From: Chrysomallon squamiferum | Taxonomy: Eukaryota; Animalia; Mollusca | Direction: 5' to 3' | NCBI GenBank assembly: GCA_012295275.1 | Contig: CM022677.1 | Span: 2,976,001 to 3,040,000 of the forward strand | Length of the DNA stretch: 64,000 nucleotides | In this document: in pieces, positions 13,286 to 28,020 of the stretch | Numbering within the stretch: position 1 is the stretch's first letter | Layout: the number at the start of each line of letters is the position of its first letter | The notes under the pieces: generated by a model | Told to the model about the DNA's origin: nothing | What the model saw: the letters and a program-made list of their open reading frames with translations, nothing else | Databases searched by the model: none | Made by a program: the position numbers and the translations under genes

Positions 13286-14665
13286 CTCGTGCAATAGCAA
13301 GTTGTCTGTAATGACTCAAAGTGAAGCCTTCGTCTCAGGTGTGGAGTATGTTGACATCACTTCTCTTGAATCCTGTACTTGGCCAGGTAAGCTGAGTGCA
13401 TGGTCCTCCACAAAATGCTGCAGAAACTGGACAACCTCTCTGTATCATCAGAACTAAGTACACTGGATTCAATTTTCTCCCACCGCATGTTTTCTGTCTT
13501 GGAGTTACTCCATGCTGACGTAGAGCTTCAGCAATGCTGTTAGTTTATTCTGACTAACGCTGTAATAAAGAGATTAAAAAATAATTTTTGTGATTGTTCT
13601 TTGTAGCAACACTTGTATTTAATCATTGGTATACTAATCAAATATCTTTGGTATATCTAGTCTAAAAATACAATGTGGGGAAATAAATTTAGAACCCCCC
13701 TCCTCAATAAAAAAAATTACAATATATATACTGAACTGGATGACTGAAAAAAAAGTAAAATAACAACTTAAAAGAATACTTCGATTTTACCATTCAATTC
13801 TTAATTAATCATGTGTTCTAAACAGTAATATTTAGCAAATTAGTATCAACTCCAGCAGAACACAACTACTCATGATCAATGGACTAGAACACACACTTAC
13901 CCATCAATGAATTGGAAGGTTTCTCTACAGTTTTAGAATCTATGATGTAGCAACATCTCTGGAGTTTACATTCTGTTTGTTGCCAGGGTTTTAAACATGT
14001 CATCTCTCCATTATTCATAGTACTTGACAGTACTCCAAGTAGAATCGTGTCTTTTTTAGCTTCAAAACACAAAATATTTATTTTTAAAATTATATTAGAA
14101 TTTAGTCAGTTACCTGTTGTTTAAAAAACATTTTTATATTATTCAATAATAACTTAATATATTATATGTTCACAGTATTACAGAATTATGCAAGCAAAGT
14201 ATTGTGATATAATCTAATGGTTAAGTTGCATCCATCCAATGAACATCCTCTTCTTTTTAAAGAATATCTTACTTTAATATGTAAACATTATAATTTATAT
14301 TGCTAAATTCTTTCAAAGTTCATAAATTTTGGAGGTTTAAGAAAAGGTGGATATTATATACAAAATTATTTTATGGCTAAAATTAATACAAAACATTAGG
14401 CTAACCAAAAATGTATTCATTGTTAAATATCTATGCTCGGCTACTATTGATATTAATATTATTATATAACTTGTAAGTTAAAAAAAAATCCAAATGAACT
14501 GTTATTTTAATAATTTTTGAAAACATTAAAATGACTACAAACTGAGGATAGACCCTTTATCTATAAATATTACAAACTATGCATTCTTATCTTCACTGGT
14601 TTCTGCCATATTCAATCTCCATTCCAGCACTTCATCTCGCATTTAAGACTCCTGTGGCATATATA
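13286..14665 (-). mobile_element. Decayed intron-containing DNA transposase N-terminal part (Sola-like), three exon relics
   Basis: Exons ~14665-14591, 14059-13901 and 13559-13286 join in compatible phases: RDEVLEWRLNMAETSE|AKKDTILLGVLSS...CRETFQFIDG|VSQNKLTALLKLY..HGVTPR..GGRK..VQFLQHFVEDHALSLPGQV..GFKRSDV. This resembles the recalled CxxTFxFLHG..GLTPR..HAIxLPGRxPGxKR motif series. Several frameshifts; no DDE core seen. Confidence 0.6.
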
Positions 14666-14739
14666 CACAAACTTAAAAAAATATCATTTCAGTAGTGTTT
14701 TGTACAATAATGTATTAATATCTCTTGTGATTATGATTA

Positions 14740-15450
14740 CACATCATTTATGTGTGTGTGTGTGTGTGAATGTGTGTGTTAAATATTATAACAAATAATT
14801 TTATTAATATTTTACAGTGTCTACATACGAAAAAACCTGATCATATTTTTCTTAATTCTTTATTGATCATTACTTGTTTTAGATGTTAAAATACAGCTAT
14901 ATAGATATTTAGGTTAAATAATATGAAAGCAGTCAATGCCCCACCCATTACAACCTTTAATATGGTTAAAAAATCATTTAAATATGTTTAATAATGTATA
15001 GAGCAAGTCAGCAATTCAAAAAATAAATCATAAATGAACTGACAGAAAACAACCTGTCAAACAAAATTAGCATATTTTCTTTTAACACTTTTATTAGTTT
15101 ATTTAAAAAAAAAAAAAATAATAATAATAATAATTGAGTGTCTTTTGAAAAAATATATAAATAAATAAATCAAAAAATCAATAAACCAATAAATTCACAA
15201 ATAATTATTGTTCCGAAATAAGATGGCTGCCATCACTTGGCTTTGACATGTAAATTATAATTAAATAAAACAAAAAAAATCTAAGTAATAATAAATAATA
15301 ATACCTGTCTCCTGCACAAAATGAAATGCTTTAAGCAACTTTTGCTGGATCATTATGCGATTACACCAATTCTGTGTAAAGATTCATCGAACATCAAATA
15401 AAACAGTAAGTCCGTAAGACCGACAATCATCCCGCATTTATCCGCAAATA
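14740..15450 (-). repeat. Shared 5' block (promoter/first-exon-like), inverted copy of 39980-40850
   Basis: CGACAATCATCCCGCATTTATCCGCA at 15421 is the reverse complement of TGCGGAAAAATGCGGGATGATTGTCG at ~39988. Both copies have a GGAGACAG|GTATT donor and a YY1-like ATGGCTGCC motif. Confidence 0.8.
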
Positions 15451-15712
15451 CAGCACTAAAAAAAAAAATAATAATAATAACAAAAATAAATAAATATAAT
15501 TCAAAACAAATAAAATAAATAAAGGAAACAACCTTATTAAAATATAATTATAAATGGATGAGTTTTTTTTTTTTTTTTTTTTTTTTTGTTTTGTTTTTAA
15601 TCTTATTATTAGCCAATCACAAAGCTTAGAACTCACTCTACATTAAGTTGCTTAGTATTGTCCAGGAATTTACCAATGTTTGATATAGGTCTGAAAAAAA
15701 AAAAAAAAAAAA

Positions 15713-15743
<31 letters not shown>

Positions 15744-15807
15744 TAAAACATTTACAACTATGACAAATACGGAAATCAATACTCTTTTTTTTTTGTTGTA
15801 TATCTGC

Positions 15808-15851
<44 letters not shown>

Positions 15852-16796
15852 GTTTTTCAAAAGTACCAACTTTATATATATTTAGGATGCAACAAAATTG
15901 AAATTCCACAATTAATTTTCTTCACGTATAGAATCACAATACTATATAATCTTGGAAAAGAAAATTTCTGAAAGTGAGTTGATATGTTTACATGTAAGAA
16001 ATAATGTTTGTTTCTGATGTATATTTCTGAAGTTATTGTTATTATTATTATCATTATTGTTATTATTATTATTACTACTGTTATTTTTATTATTACTGTT
16101 GTAATTATTGTTATTGTTGTTATTATTATTATAATATTATTTCTATATTTATTATTATTACAGTTATTATTTATTATTATTATTATTTTATTACTATAGA
16201 TGTTATTATTGTTATTATCATTATTATTATTATTACTGTTGATATTGGTAATTTTTAAACTCTTTTTCTTTATTCTTGACTAATTTGTAATTATTATTAT
16301 TGTTCCTACAGTTGTAGCAGTAGTAGTGCTAGTAGTAGTATTAGTGTGGTTGCTATTACCCATAATAGTGGTCTTAGTAGTAAATAAATAGTATTTAGTA
16401 ACAGTTTATACAATAACATTTATGGTTACATGTAATTATTACAATAGCAGCTGTTATTATTTTTATTTTTGTTATAGATGTTGTACTATGTTGTTGTTGT
16501 TATAATTTCAGAACTGTGAAACTCCAGCAGGAAAACTACAGATAAGATGAGACAAGGTGAGACAAACTGTGATTATTACATTTCTCATCTTATTAAACAT
16601 AATAATAAATATTTTTTTGTTGTGTTCAGAGTTGTGACAGTAAATTTCTGATTTTGTTTTTAGATTTTTCTTGGAATATAAATTTGGCAGACTAAAAGTA
16701 TATAAAACTGACAGAAGGAACATCACCTGGAGTCAAAAGAAAACTCAACATTTCAGATGACGACAACAGTTCTACATCAGCTGAGTTTGTTACTGA

Positions 16797-17212
<416 letters not shown>

Positions 17213-18018
17213 AGTAGTAGTAATATCAGTAGTAGTAGTATCATTAATGATTTTCTCATTATTCTTTATTTCCTTTTTTCTTTAATTCTTTTTCTCATTA
17301 TTATTATTGTTGCAGTATCTGTAAAATTAATACATTTAGTACTAGCATAATGATAGTTCATAGTTATGAAATTCTTGCTAAGACAGTGAAATACAGTTAG
17401 AGCTGACAAGAAAAATACTACTTTCACTTTATTTTATGTTTAGTTTGTTAATGAATATTATGTTTTGTTGTAGGATTCTAGACAACAGATTCAAGCTGCC
17501 TTAGCCAGCACTTCAGTTGAAAATGTTGTAAGTCCCATTTTTTTTATATATTTAAATCAGGGCAAAATTAAGGGTTGCGGTAATTATGTTATTAGAAGTA
17601 ATTAGAATTTTTTAATTAAAAAAAAAAAAAGAAAAAAAGAAGAAAAAACTGTTTTTATTTATATTATTTAAATCAGGGAAAAGCAGTGGTTTGCTGGGGG
17701 TAATCATTGTGTACATATTTCACAAATTGTGTAATTAGGATAATAAGAATTTTTTATAGAATAGAAAAGAAAAAAGAAATCTAGAATTTTTTATAAAAAA
17801 AAAAAAAGAAATCCATTTTTGTTTCTTTATTTTGTTTAAATCTGGGGTAATCAGTGTAAATATAATTGAGTATTATGTAATTAGAGTTAATTAGAATTGT
17901 TTTGATAAAAAAAAAAATCTATATTTATTGTCAACTAGCAATAATCTGACATAATCAATATTTATATATATATATATATATATATTTCTTATTTGAGTTA
18001 GGTAAACAAACATTTATT

Positions 18019-18068
<50 letters not shown>

Positions 18069-18408
18069 CACTCAGTCTCTTGTGTATATTTACAAACACT
18101 TTAAAGTTATTTACCTTAAGTAAAAATAATGAATTTTTCATATACACTATAAATGTTGAGCAGTCAAGATCACTCTGCATGTTGTTACTAATCAAAATGA
18201 AGTTTGTTAAATAGGAAGTATAATTATAATAGCATTTCAAGACAAAACTAAACCCCACTTTTTTAACAATGCATTCCAATAATAAATTATAGTGACATAT
18301 GCCTTTAAGATTTTGTATTCTGAACCCATTTCACTTTTATTTGATGTCATAGACTGTCATAATGAAGCCATAATCAAGCAAACTAAATTTTAAATTTTAT
18401 AAATTTTG

Positions 18409-18452
<44 letters not shown>

Positions 18453-18896
18453 GACATACATAATTTCATTTTCATTTTCTTTAAAATAAAAATTACTGCA
18501 AATCTGTTTTAAAAAATACTTAACAGTGCTAAAATTATTTTTTAATCTGATTAATTTCAGCTATTTTCAAACATCTTTTAATATTAATAACATTAATATA
18601 AAATCAAGACAAAAATATGATAATAATCATTAAAATAATCCAATTAATCATTTTGTTTTTTATTCTATTTTTATATCATTTTTGAAAAGACAACAAACAA
18701 AACACTTGGAACTTGTATTTATTTATACATAAACAAGGACACTGTCTTTCACATGCAGCAGTTATTTGACAACAAACACATTAACTCTTTCTCACAGATA
18801 ACATGTATGTACCAACTCATCCTTTCACATTCACATCTGTCTGCATCTATTTCTCCTACCATGCCCTCTGGAAACATACAAAACACACATTTCCTT

Positions 18897-18941
<45 letters not shown>

Positions 18942-19209
18942 TCTGTTCATCTGTTTTTCTACCAATCCATACATTCTACACAGCTTTAACAATTGTTTAT
19001 GTACATCTCCCTAACAGTTTATATACTTTCTGTGTATCTCCTATAAAACTTATTGTTTCAGTGTCGTATTTCATTTTAAAATTAAGTATTTCAAATTACT
19101 TTTGCAATGTTGATTGTAAAATTGTTTTAGTTTTAGAAACTTTCACAAAAATAAATAAATATAGATAATTCTTTATGATGACAACTGAAATCAAACTAAT
19201 TAAAATTAC

Positions 19210-19264
<55 letters not shown>

Positions 19265-21559
19265 TATTTTCTATTATTTATGAAAATAAAAATTAATGTA
19301 CATTTTCAGGACCCTAGATCTATCACAGAAGGCTCTGTAAGTTTCATCGTTTGATATCTGCTTTGGTTTTGTATAGTACTTTCAACAAGTAAATATTTCT
19401 TATTTAAAATTATCATTCGATATTATTTGCAGCTGATGCAAAGTGACACGCGAGGTCTCGATTACGACATCAGTTTTACAGTCTACCTAGAAAACAAGTT
19501 CCTGATACTGTTAAATAAAAAACAGAGGAAAAGGTGAACATTTTGTATCATATTATTTTTCCTGATTCTACATTCTGCTTTATAAACTGCACTGCTGGAT
19601 AAGCTTAATGGCTTCTTTTTTAAATTGTTTATTATATATATATGTATATATATATGTGTGTGTTTTAATACCTGGCAAAGTTTATTTGAATAAAAATGAG
19701 ATATGATTAAGAACTAACTTGTTATTTTCTTTATTTGTACGGCGTTATGCAATTTTAATCAGTGAGATGTTGTCAATGTATTTATATCATATTTAATTTG
19801 TGTGAGGGTAGATTTCTCAAGGTAATTTCAGACTACTGGATGGGATTTACGTTTATATTTACTACCAGCTTTGCAGCTTATACGATTAAATTGATCGGAA
19901 ATTACATTCCATCTTAGTAAAAGAACCGCTGTTTACATCGATATTTTATTAAGTTTACCTCTGTTTTGCATCACAACAAATGTTGATAATATATATAAAA
20001 TTGTCAGTATAATCTTGGATACAGCTAAAGGAATATTATTGGTTTTTCAAGAATAATCTTATTAGAGTTAATAACAGCAAATGTTGCTGTTCAGTTTCAA
20101 ATTACCTGTGAAAACTGATCTCATGTTGACAACATAAATATTGTAGAAACATGCCTGTCCTCCTGAACTAGTGTTTTATGAGATATGAGGATATTTTTAG
20201 TTAGCTAGAAGAATTGTATCATTTATTTCATCCTATTACTACATAACAATAATTTCTTTATTATCAAGTAAATATTAATGTTTCTTCTCCAGTTATCAAT
20301 ACAATCTCACCAGAAGCTTTTAAAATATCAGGTTGAACTGAACTGATTAACACAATACAGACATATAAATAGATAGATGGATAGACAGACAGATAGACAT
20401 AGAGATTAAAATGACCAATAAAAGAAAAGATGTTAAAAGCGAGGTTAATATGATATTATATTATAACGCATATACAAACATTTTCTTACAAGTTCATTTG
20501 CCTATGAAATGTAAAATGTCTATCTATATCTATATCCATCCCTAGCTATCTTCAGTGTATCTATCTATCTATTATTTAACTGCATACATATCAGCTTATG
20601 TATATATCCATCATCTAAGGCAAACAGCTATAACCAGATTCTTTCTTTTCTATGTGTGTGTGTGTCTGTATATCTATCTATCTACTGATAATGGTTTTTT
20701 TTTTGGTTTTTTTGAGTAATAATATCTGAAATAACGAGATTAAGATAAAAATAACAACAATAACTACAATAATACTAATTAAAATGATAAGTAAAATAAT
20801 AATTAAGAAAGAATACTGAAAGAAGAGAAAGAGAAAAGAGTATCAAATAAAATAAAATTATTTCAGGCATATATTTATTATAAAGAAACAGTTATATTAA
20901 ATAGAAAATAATATACAGGTTTAAATAAAATCATTTTAGTGAATTCAGTAAATTGAGTGAATGATCTATATTCAGCAGACTTATGATGTCACTAATAATC
21001 TTTCGTCGCTTCATTCATTGAAAAAATATATATTTCTATGTGATTTCTTTTTGTTATTGTGTTCTTTTTTAATATTTTACTTCACACTCAGTCTTTATTG
21101 TATATTTTCCAACGTGTTAAATAGAGTTATTTCCCGTAGACCACAAACTTCTGAAATAGATTACTCCGCATATGCGATGCGACGGTAAATTAGATTTAAA
21201 AGAACTAATTGTGTATAATGTTTTGTAACAGACAGCACCAGCTTAATAACATTCCTTGCGTTTTCTTTGTCTTCTAAATAACCAGTTTCCTTTAGTTTTG
21301 GTTTATTTAATGTATTATTATCATTGAATTATTGTAAAATTCTTATTTTATTTAATGTTTTTATTCAAGTTAATTTATTTCTTTTCGATTTGTCTCTTTA
21401 AAAACAATGAATTTATTTACAAATTATTTTTATATGAAATTTGTTGTATATTTACGCATATACAATACACCATATTTAGGACAATATTTGAAAGCTATTT
21501 AATAATACTTCATCTAATTTACAAATCATAAAATGTTAAGAAAATAGACGTAAAATAGT

Positions 21560-21670
21560 TGAAATTGGAAGTTCAAAAACCCGAGCAGACGGTTTCCGAG
21601 CGATCACGGAAACTTCCGATCGAAATCCAAAATGGCAGCGTCGAACGCCGATCAGTGTTTATAAACTTTT
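21560..21670 (+). promoter_or_regulatory. CpG-rich promoter-like island with ETS-like and YY1-like motifs
   Basis: GGAAACTTCCG and CAAAATGGCAGCG lie in a CpG-dense patch; mirrored at ~54655-54770. Function is inferred from motifs only. Confidence 0.4.
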
Positions 21671-21909
21671 AAACATCCAATCAAGTCTATATGGATTATT
21701 AAAAGTAATTTGAGAAAATAATTCATATAACTAATGCCGTTTATACGTATATGCCTATTATAGAGCAGTAATTGCTGCAAAGGTCGAAACCAATTTTTAA
21801 TTTAATAATTATTTTTTTTGGGGGCTTTGACGTCATACTATTTCGTACCCATTTCGTACTAGATTTTTATTTTCCAGATATTATTTCGATGTCTCCAGCC
21901 AGAAATAAA

Positions 21910-21968
<59 letters not shown>

Positions 21969-23141
21969 TTTCACTGACGCTGGTGGATGAATATTCTCAT
22001 TAGACACATAATGTGAACACTTACTTTGCTAAAACTCCACAGCGGACAGTACTGAGTACGTAGTTGTAAAACAATACTTGAAACCATTATATTTTTATTT
22101 TAATATTTATTTTCATTTTCAATACATTACAGGTGGTGTTTACGTGGAAAAAGGAAACTGATCGCATGTTATAGAGAAAGAAAGAGGGAGATATTGATAG
22201 ACTAATAGACAGATCAGTACAAGTTAAATGAATTGATAGATGTAGATGAATTTAGGTAGACAGGTGAACATGAACAATGTCGATTTATCTATTCTGTGTT
22301 TTCTTCTTTCTGTCTTGTGTTTGTGTGCCAGGCTGAGAGTGTAGACAGACAGATGTATACTTAAATCATACAGGTTGTAATGCAGGCACAGTTAGTTATA
22401 TATGTAGGTAGTTTGACAGGGAATTAGATATATGATTGATGGATGGTTATTGATCTGTTGTAATGTGGATAGATAAACAAATAGGTATGTAGGTCAGTAG
22501 TTCAGTAGGTTGATATGTAGATGTATGTAGATAGTTATGTAGCAGAGAGACAGGCAAGTATGGATGGTAATGTGGAAGACTGAATGTATATACAGGTGTA
22601 GGTATGCATAAGTTGGAGCAGGGAATAGTATATACATGTGTATGGGAAGGAAAATTTGCTTGTTTTTTGAAGAGTGAATATACTGAGTTATGTGTGCAAA
22701 CATTCAGAAAAATAGGGAGATCTGTAGGTGGATACATAGGAGATGTAGACAAGGAGATGTTTAAATGACTGATGTATGTTATTGATGGTTATTGATTTCA
22801 ATGGATGGACAAGATAAAAGAAAATTAGACAGATTATATAACTGTTAGTTAGATTGATTATGTTGATAAACTGAGAAAATGTGTAGATAGACATACATAT
22901 GGAGATGTATGTAGATAGGTGATATCCACATATATATGCATAAGAAAATGAATGTGTGTGTGTGTGTGTGTGTGTGTGTTTGTGAGTGTCTGCCAGTGAT
23001 AAGGATGGCTAAATATGGGAATTGTAAATGGACAGTATCACAGAAAGATAGATATAGAAAGTAGTTATAATTATTTAGGGAGATAGTCAGGAAGATGAAT
23101 AGGTGATTCATGGATGGTTATTGATGGAATGTAATGTAGAT

Positions 23142-23174
<33 letters not shown>

Positions 23175-24233
23175 ATAGACAGAGAGATTATATAGAAAGC
23201 TAAACATAGGCAGGCCAGTAGGTTCAATAGATAGACAGAAAGATAGATAGAAGGATAGGTGTCAAGCAAGATAGGTAATAGTTTCAATAAATAAATAAAT
23301 AAATAAATAAACAAATGACAACCCTTTATAAACATTTTCTGAGGCGAAGACAATATAAAAATATACTAATTTTGTCATTCAGCTGTATCATAATAATAAT
23401 TTTACATGCGACCGCGTTGACAGCTGGAAAATGACGAATGATACGGAACAAATCTTTATAACTACCGAAGCATGCTGGACCATGCTGACATAAATCCACT
23501 TATAAGATAATAAACAAAATTGGAGCACATTTTAGAACTGCGATGTAGCAAGATTCTGGTGTACACTCTGTATTTCTCAATACTCGGGTTTTCTGTGTGA
23601 GTAAATATCATCGTTGTTATCACTTACAGTTACCCATATCAACTGTAGTAAAATTGCACGTGTAAATCGCACCATTCTTTTGCTGAATATAAATTTATAT
23701 GTATGAGGGTTTTTTTGTTTGTTTTAAAAAAATAAAATAAAATGCAATGTTATTAATTTAAAAAAGGACATAATCGATATATATATATATATATATATAT
23801 ATGAACACGTAAAAAAAGCACATTAATTTATTTCTCAAATTTTAAAGAAAAATAATACCCCCTCCTCTACCTCTGACTTCTTTACAGTTTGCTGGTTTTG
23901 TTACGCATAATTATCACGTATAAACAAACACACATAGTCCTATCGGCAGAACATTTTGTGAGAAGGTTATAAAGTAAGCAGACGTACTACTAACAAAAAT
24001 ATTTAAAATTTTACTAATCTCAGTTATATCTTATAAAGGCTATTCCTCAAACTTTCTGAGCGGGCGCTTCCTACATCAAAATATATTATTATTATCTTTA
24101 TTAATGTTGCCATCGTTTCGTCGTAAAGTGGTTGTTCCTAATGTTCTAGGTGTATTTATCATTATTCTTTTGCTTTTTTAAAAACTATTATTCATATCTC
24201 TTTAGTGTTCAAATCCTATACTAAAATGTATTA

Positions 24234-26739
24234 TTACTTTTTTAACGGCGTTGTTCCTAGCTTTGTTGACTTCCAAAGGGACTGAAGATTATCTTCTCCC
24301 AGACAAGCCTGAATTAGCCTTGAAAAAGTAGCATTACACAAACCCATGGACATCGTGGTGTATTCAAAAAGACCCGATGAACCAGTCGAAATACAGTCTT
24401 GAAAATGTCTTCCTCTTCCATGGCACACTGAAGAAATTCATGTGCTAGATCGATGGCAGAAAAATACTTGGCCCCTTTGATCTGAGGTGGTAATTTTATA
24501 TTTAATGATGCTACAGTATCCTAGATCATGACCACCTTTACTAAAACATCATCCTCTGTACAGGTTAAGTCATCCTCAATATCCAGCTGGTCAAAAATGA
24601 AATCATCGCTAGAAACCTTTCCAACCATAGAATCCACAGCTCTGCAGTTCTACACTGAATGGCTCACGTGCAGATGTTGAATATTGTGTCAGTGCTCAAC
24701 TCTGGTGCGTGGCTGTAAATAAACGTCCTTCTGACTGAAATTCGTGATGTCAACAGGCGTCAATCCATTTGCCACTATAACCAACTTTATGCTCGCAATA
24801 ACATAATTTGGCAAATTGCCATCTGCCTCTGAAAGATCATCTAAAACAACAGTTCTATGAATGCCTCCAGGGAACAATCTGCCCAGATCCAGCTGGGATT
24901 CGAACAGGTTTCTTACCAGCAACCCGGACGTACCCAAGAATATTCTCAGAGCTACCAGTATTAGACTTTCCAGATGCTGAAATCTTCTGACAATACAGAG
25001 CCAAAACCTTCATCACTTTTTTCTTAACCGCCTATTACTCCAGGTAAACGGTGTTTCCTCAGATTATTGGGAGAATCTTGTAAATCGTTTACCACCAAAA
25101 AAAAAAAAAAAAAACTGTTGTACCTAAAATATGCAGATCAATTTCAATGTAGCCTTTAAATGAAATGCTGTGACCACTTGCTGCCGAAACATTAACAAAA
25201 GAAGATAAATCAAACATTTCTCTAACTTTGTCTTTAAAATGATTGTTGCAAAATGTTTCGGTAATGGTAGAAACTTCAGCACCGGTATCTAAGCGACATC
25301 TTACATTTAAATTAAACATTTTAATATTAGGACATCTGCAGATAGCTTTCTGAAGGACCAAGTCAGTTGTCAGAATTTCACAGCAGGCTCTAATCGTTTA
25401 AATGCTGCGACCATTGCCATTACGTTGCCTGGGACAGTCTCTTTGAAGCAGGCACCACTTCCTCCCTGGCTATTAGTGAAATCTGAATCATAGTTTGGAG
25501 AGGAATGCCTTTGATTAGTTTGAAAATGGTTGGGAGTCAGAAACACTAACTGGAGTTCTTGTTACTGAATGACAAAAAGTGTCAGCAAATGCAGGACAGT
25601 TTCTCATATGCCCCTCCAACATATCTCCCTGTCAGTGAAGTAATAACAGAATACTGGCTGAACTGGATTCATGAACAGATATCTCCGAAGTCAAAAGAGG
25701 ACCACGTTTATGAATAACCCAATCTCTGAGCTTGAAAACAGGATTCTGCAGGATTAGCCAGCATCTGTCGGTTGACTTCCCGAATCAAATGGGGATCTTT
25801 GACACCTTCGACAAAAATGTGTCAGATTGTGATCTCGCTGACCGTGATAACATTCATCATGTTCCAGCTGCTGACACAGTCTTAGCAATTCATGGCTGTA
25901 CATCAGCAGAGATTCACTCTCCCCTGTTTTCGACTGAAGAGCCGCAAAGGTTTTTGCTGTGTCTCCGAAGAACATGAAAAATATCTGCGGGACAGGAAAT
26001 ATCATCGTGATTATTTATTTCCAACCTGGCAGGTCCTGGCTAAGTGCTCTTGAGAAAACTTATTAACTTATCAACTATTAGTCAATGGAATACGCTACGC
26101 AAACCAAAATACAGGTAGACCTGAAGAAATGTTTACCAATATTTATAGCATCCACTAAACGTAATATTAACGTTAATACTGACGTCCTAATAAATATGTT
26201 ATTATTACTATTTTCATTCAGTCTTCATGTGAAAAAAAAACCGGTATATATTCTTGGATCAGTTTGGAATAATGTACATCAGGTATCTCTCTTCAAATAG
26301 GAATCTTGTGTCATCAAACATGTAGTCTCGCATAATCATCAACATCAGATCTTCTGTAGGCCTGGTCAGGTGAGAGTATTGGTTGACTTTCACCTATTTC
26401 TAAGTATCAGTTTAATCCTAACCGCCTTATAGTCCCACTTGTGACACCAAATGTAACGGAGGGTGGAAGCACGCGGTTCTCTTAGCTGACTGTCTAAGGA
26501 GTAAACAAACAAGATGGGGTTTCCAATTAAAGGGCTTTAATGCTAGGTAATTCGTGATATAGCAATGTTAACATTTACAACATAGTAACAATGTCGTCTC
26601 CAAGGAGGACAAACTGACCAGGTTCATTAAAAACAAATCATAAAATATTCTACAGTTCCAAACTAAAAACATCAAACCAATACAAAACACACACGCATAT
26701 ATACTGGTGTCGCCACCTCCACTAGCACTGACCCTTACA
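24234..26739 (-). mobile_element. Decayed Gypsy/Ty3 LTR retrotransposon (LTR, PBS, gag, protease, partial RT)
   Basis: LTR 26739-26452 (TGTAA...TTACA) followed by a PBS; protease LDTGAEVSTI; RT pieces such as GLFEYTTMSMGLCNA. Many stops and frameshifts; no RNase H, integrase or 3' LTR seen. Confidence 0.88.
26433..26449 (-). other. Primer-binding site, tRNA-Leu type
   Basis: TGGTGTCACAAGTGGGA just after the LTR-terminal TTACA; one mismatch to the tRNA-Leu-complementary TGGTGTCAGAAGTGGGA. Confidence 0.75.
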
Positions 26740-27258
26740 GAATAGGAAGCAATGGCTATTATTTCCCCATTCTACACACTTCCCTACTTAAAATGTTGCC
26801 ATCCTCAGCAACATAAAACATTTAATAATAATTTTAATTGATATAATAAAATCTCTCATAATTTATCTCTATGACGTTAAGAACAACGCCATTATGACGC
26901 CAACCACGAAAACATTAACATTAAAATAGGATTATCAGGTGGAAAGGTGCCAGGTTAAGGTAATATTCCACATAGAATTTTATAATTAATTATAGGTGTA
27001 ATAGCTATATCTTTGATTTTATTATGAGAAGTCTAAAATATTGAAAAATATTTAATACTGTATTAATTGTAACTGGTTTATTACAGGGAAATGTGAGAAA
27101 AGGCAACATTAAGCAGATATTCTGTTTGCTTTACAATTAATATTATTCATAGTTATAAATGGAGCAATGCATATTTACCTTTATAGGAAAGACTCAGTAT
27201 ATGTTGAAAAGATAGAGAGACTTCCATTAATATCTTTGATATATATATATATATATAT

Positions 27259-27343
<85 letters not shown>

Positions 27344-28020
27344 ACAGAAACATTTTATAGAGAGTAAGACAGACAGCAGACAGACTGATACATTGAAACA
27401 GAGAGCAGATAGACAAAGACACACACACACACACACACAGAGATATACAGAATTGTCAAAAGAAATTACCTTGAAAGACTGAGTATATTGAAATGTCTTG
27501 TGTATTCTTAGCTTTTAGGAATTATTTTACTATTAATATGTAATTGATAATCCAAATAAAGAGCTTTCTGTCCACTGGTCTATCCCCTATGTCCATCCAC
27601 CATAATGCTTTCTCTAAAATGTCCCTGTTTGTATATCTTCCTCTGTGTGTGTGTGTGCTGTCTGTCTTTCAATAGACAGATACACACACAAACACATCTA
27701 TCTACCTACGTATGGTTGAATAAATGTTATCTCTGTTTCTTTACCTCTCCATCTCTCAATCAGTCAGACAAGCAATATAGGACTGACTGTCTGTCTGTCA
27801 TTCTATCTACCTATCACTCTATCTGTCAAATTACATATCACTCATAATTTATCCAAAACTATAGTTGAAATTTTTTGGGAGAATGCAAGATTTTCACTTA
27901 TATTAATTTGCACACAACAGTTTTTATTCATCTATTTCTCTATCAGTCTATCTCTAATGTTCTAAATCTGTCTTTCTAGGTTTCAATCTACAAATCAATT
28001 TACTGTCAGCCAGTGTGTCT

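Noticed and set aside
16512-16790. Short plus-strand exon-like pieces between (TAT)n tracts
   Set aside because: Splice-like signals are present, but I found no coherent frame or recognisable homology.
26433-26449. tRNA-like 3' end (…TGACACCA)
   Set aside because: Only 17 nt next to an LTR end with no cloverleaf. It is a primer-binding site, not a tRNA gene.
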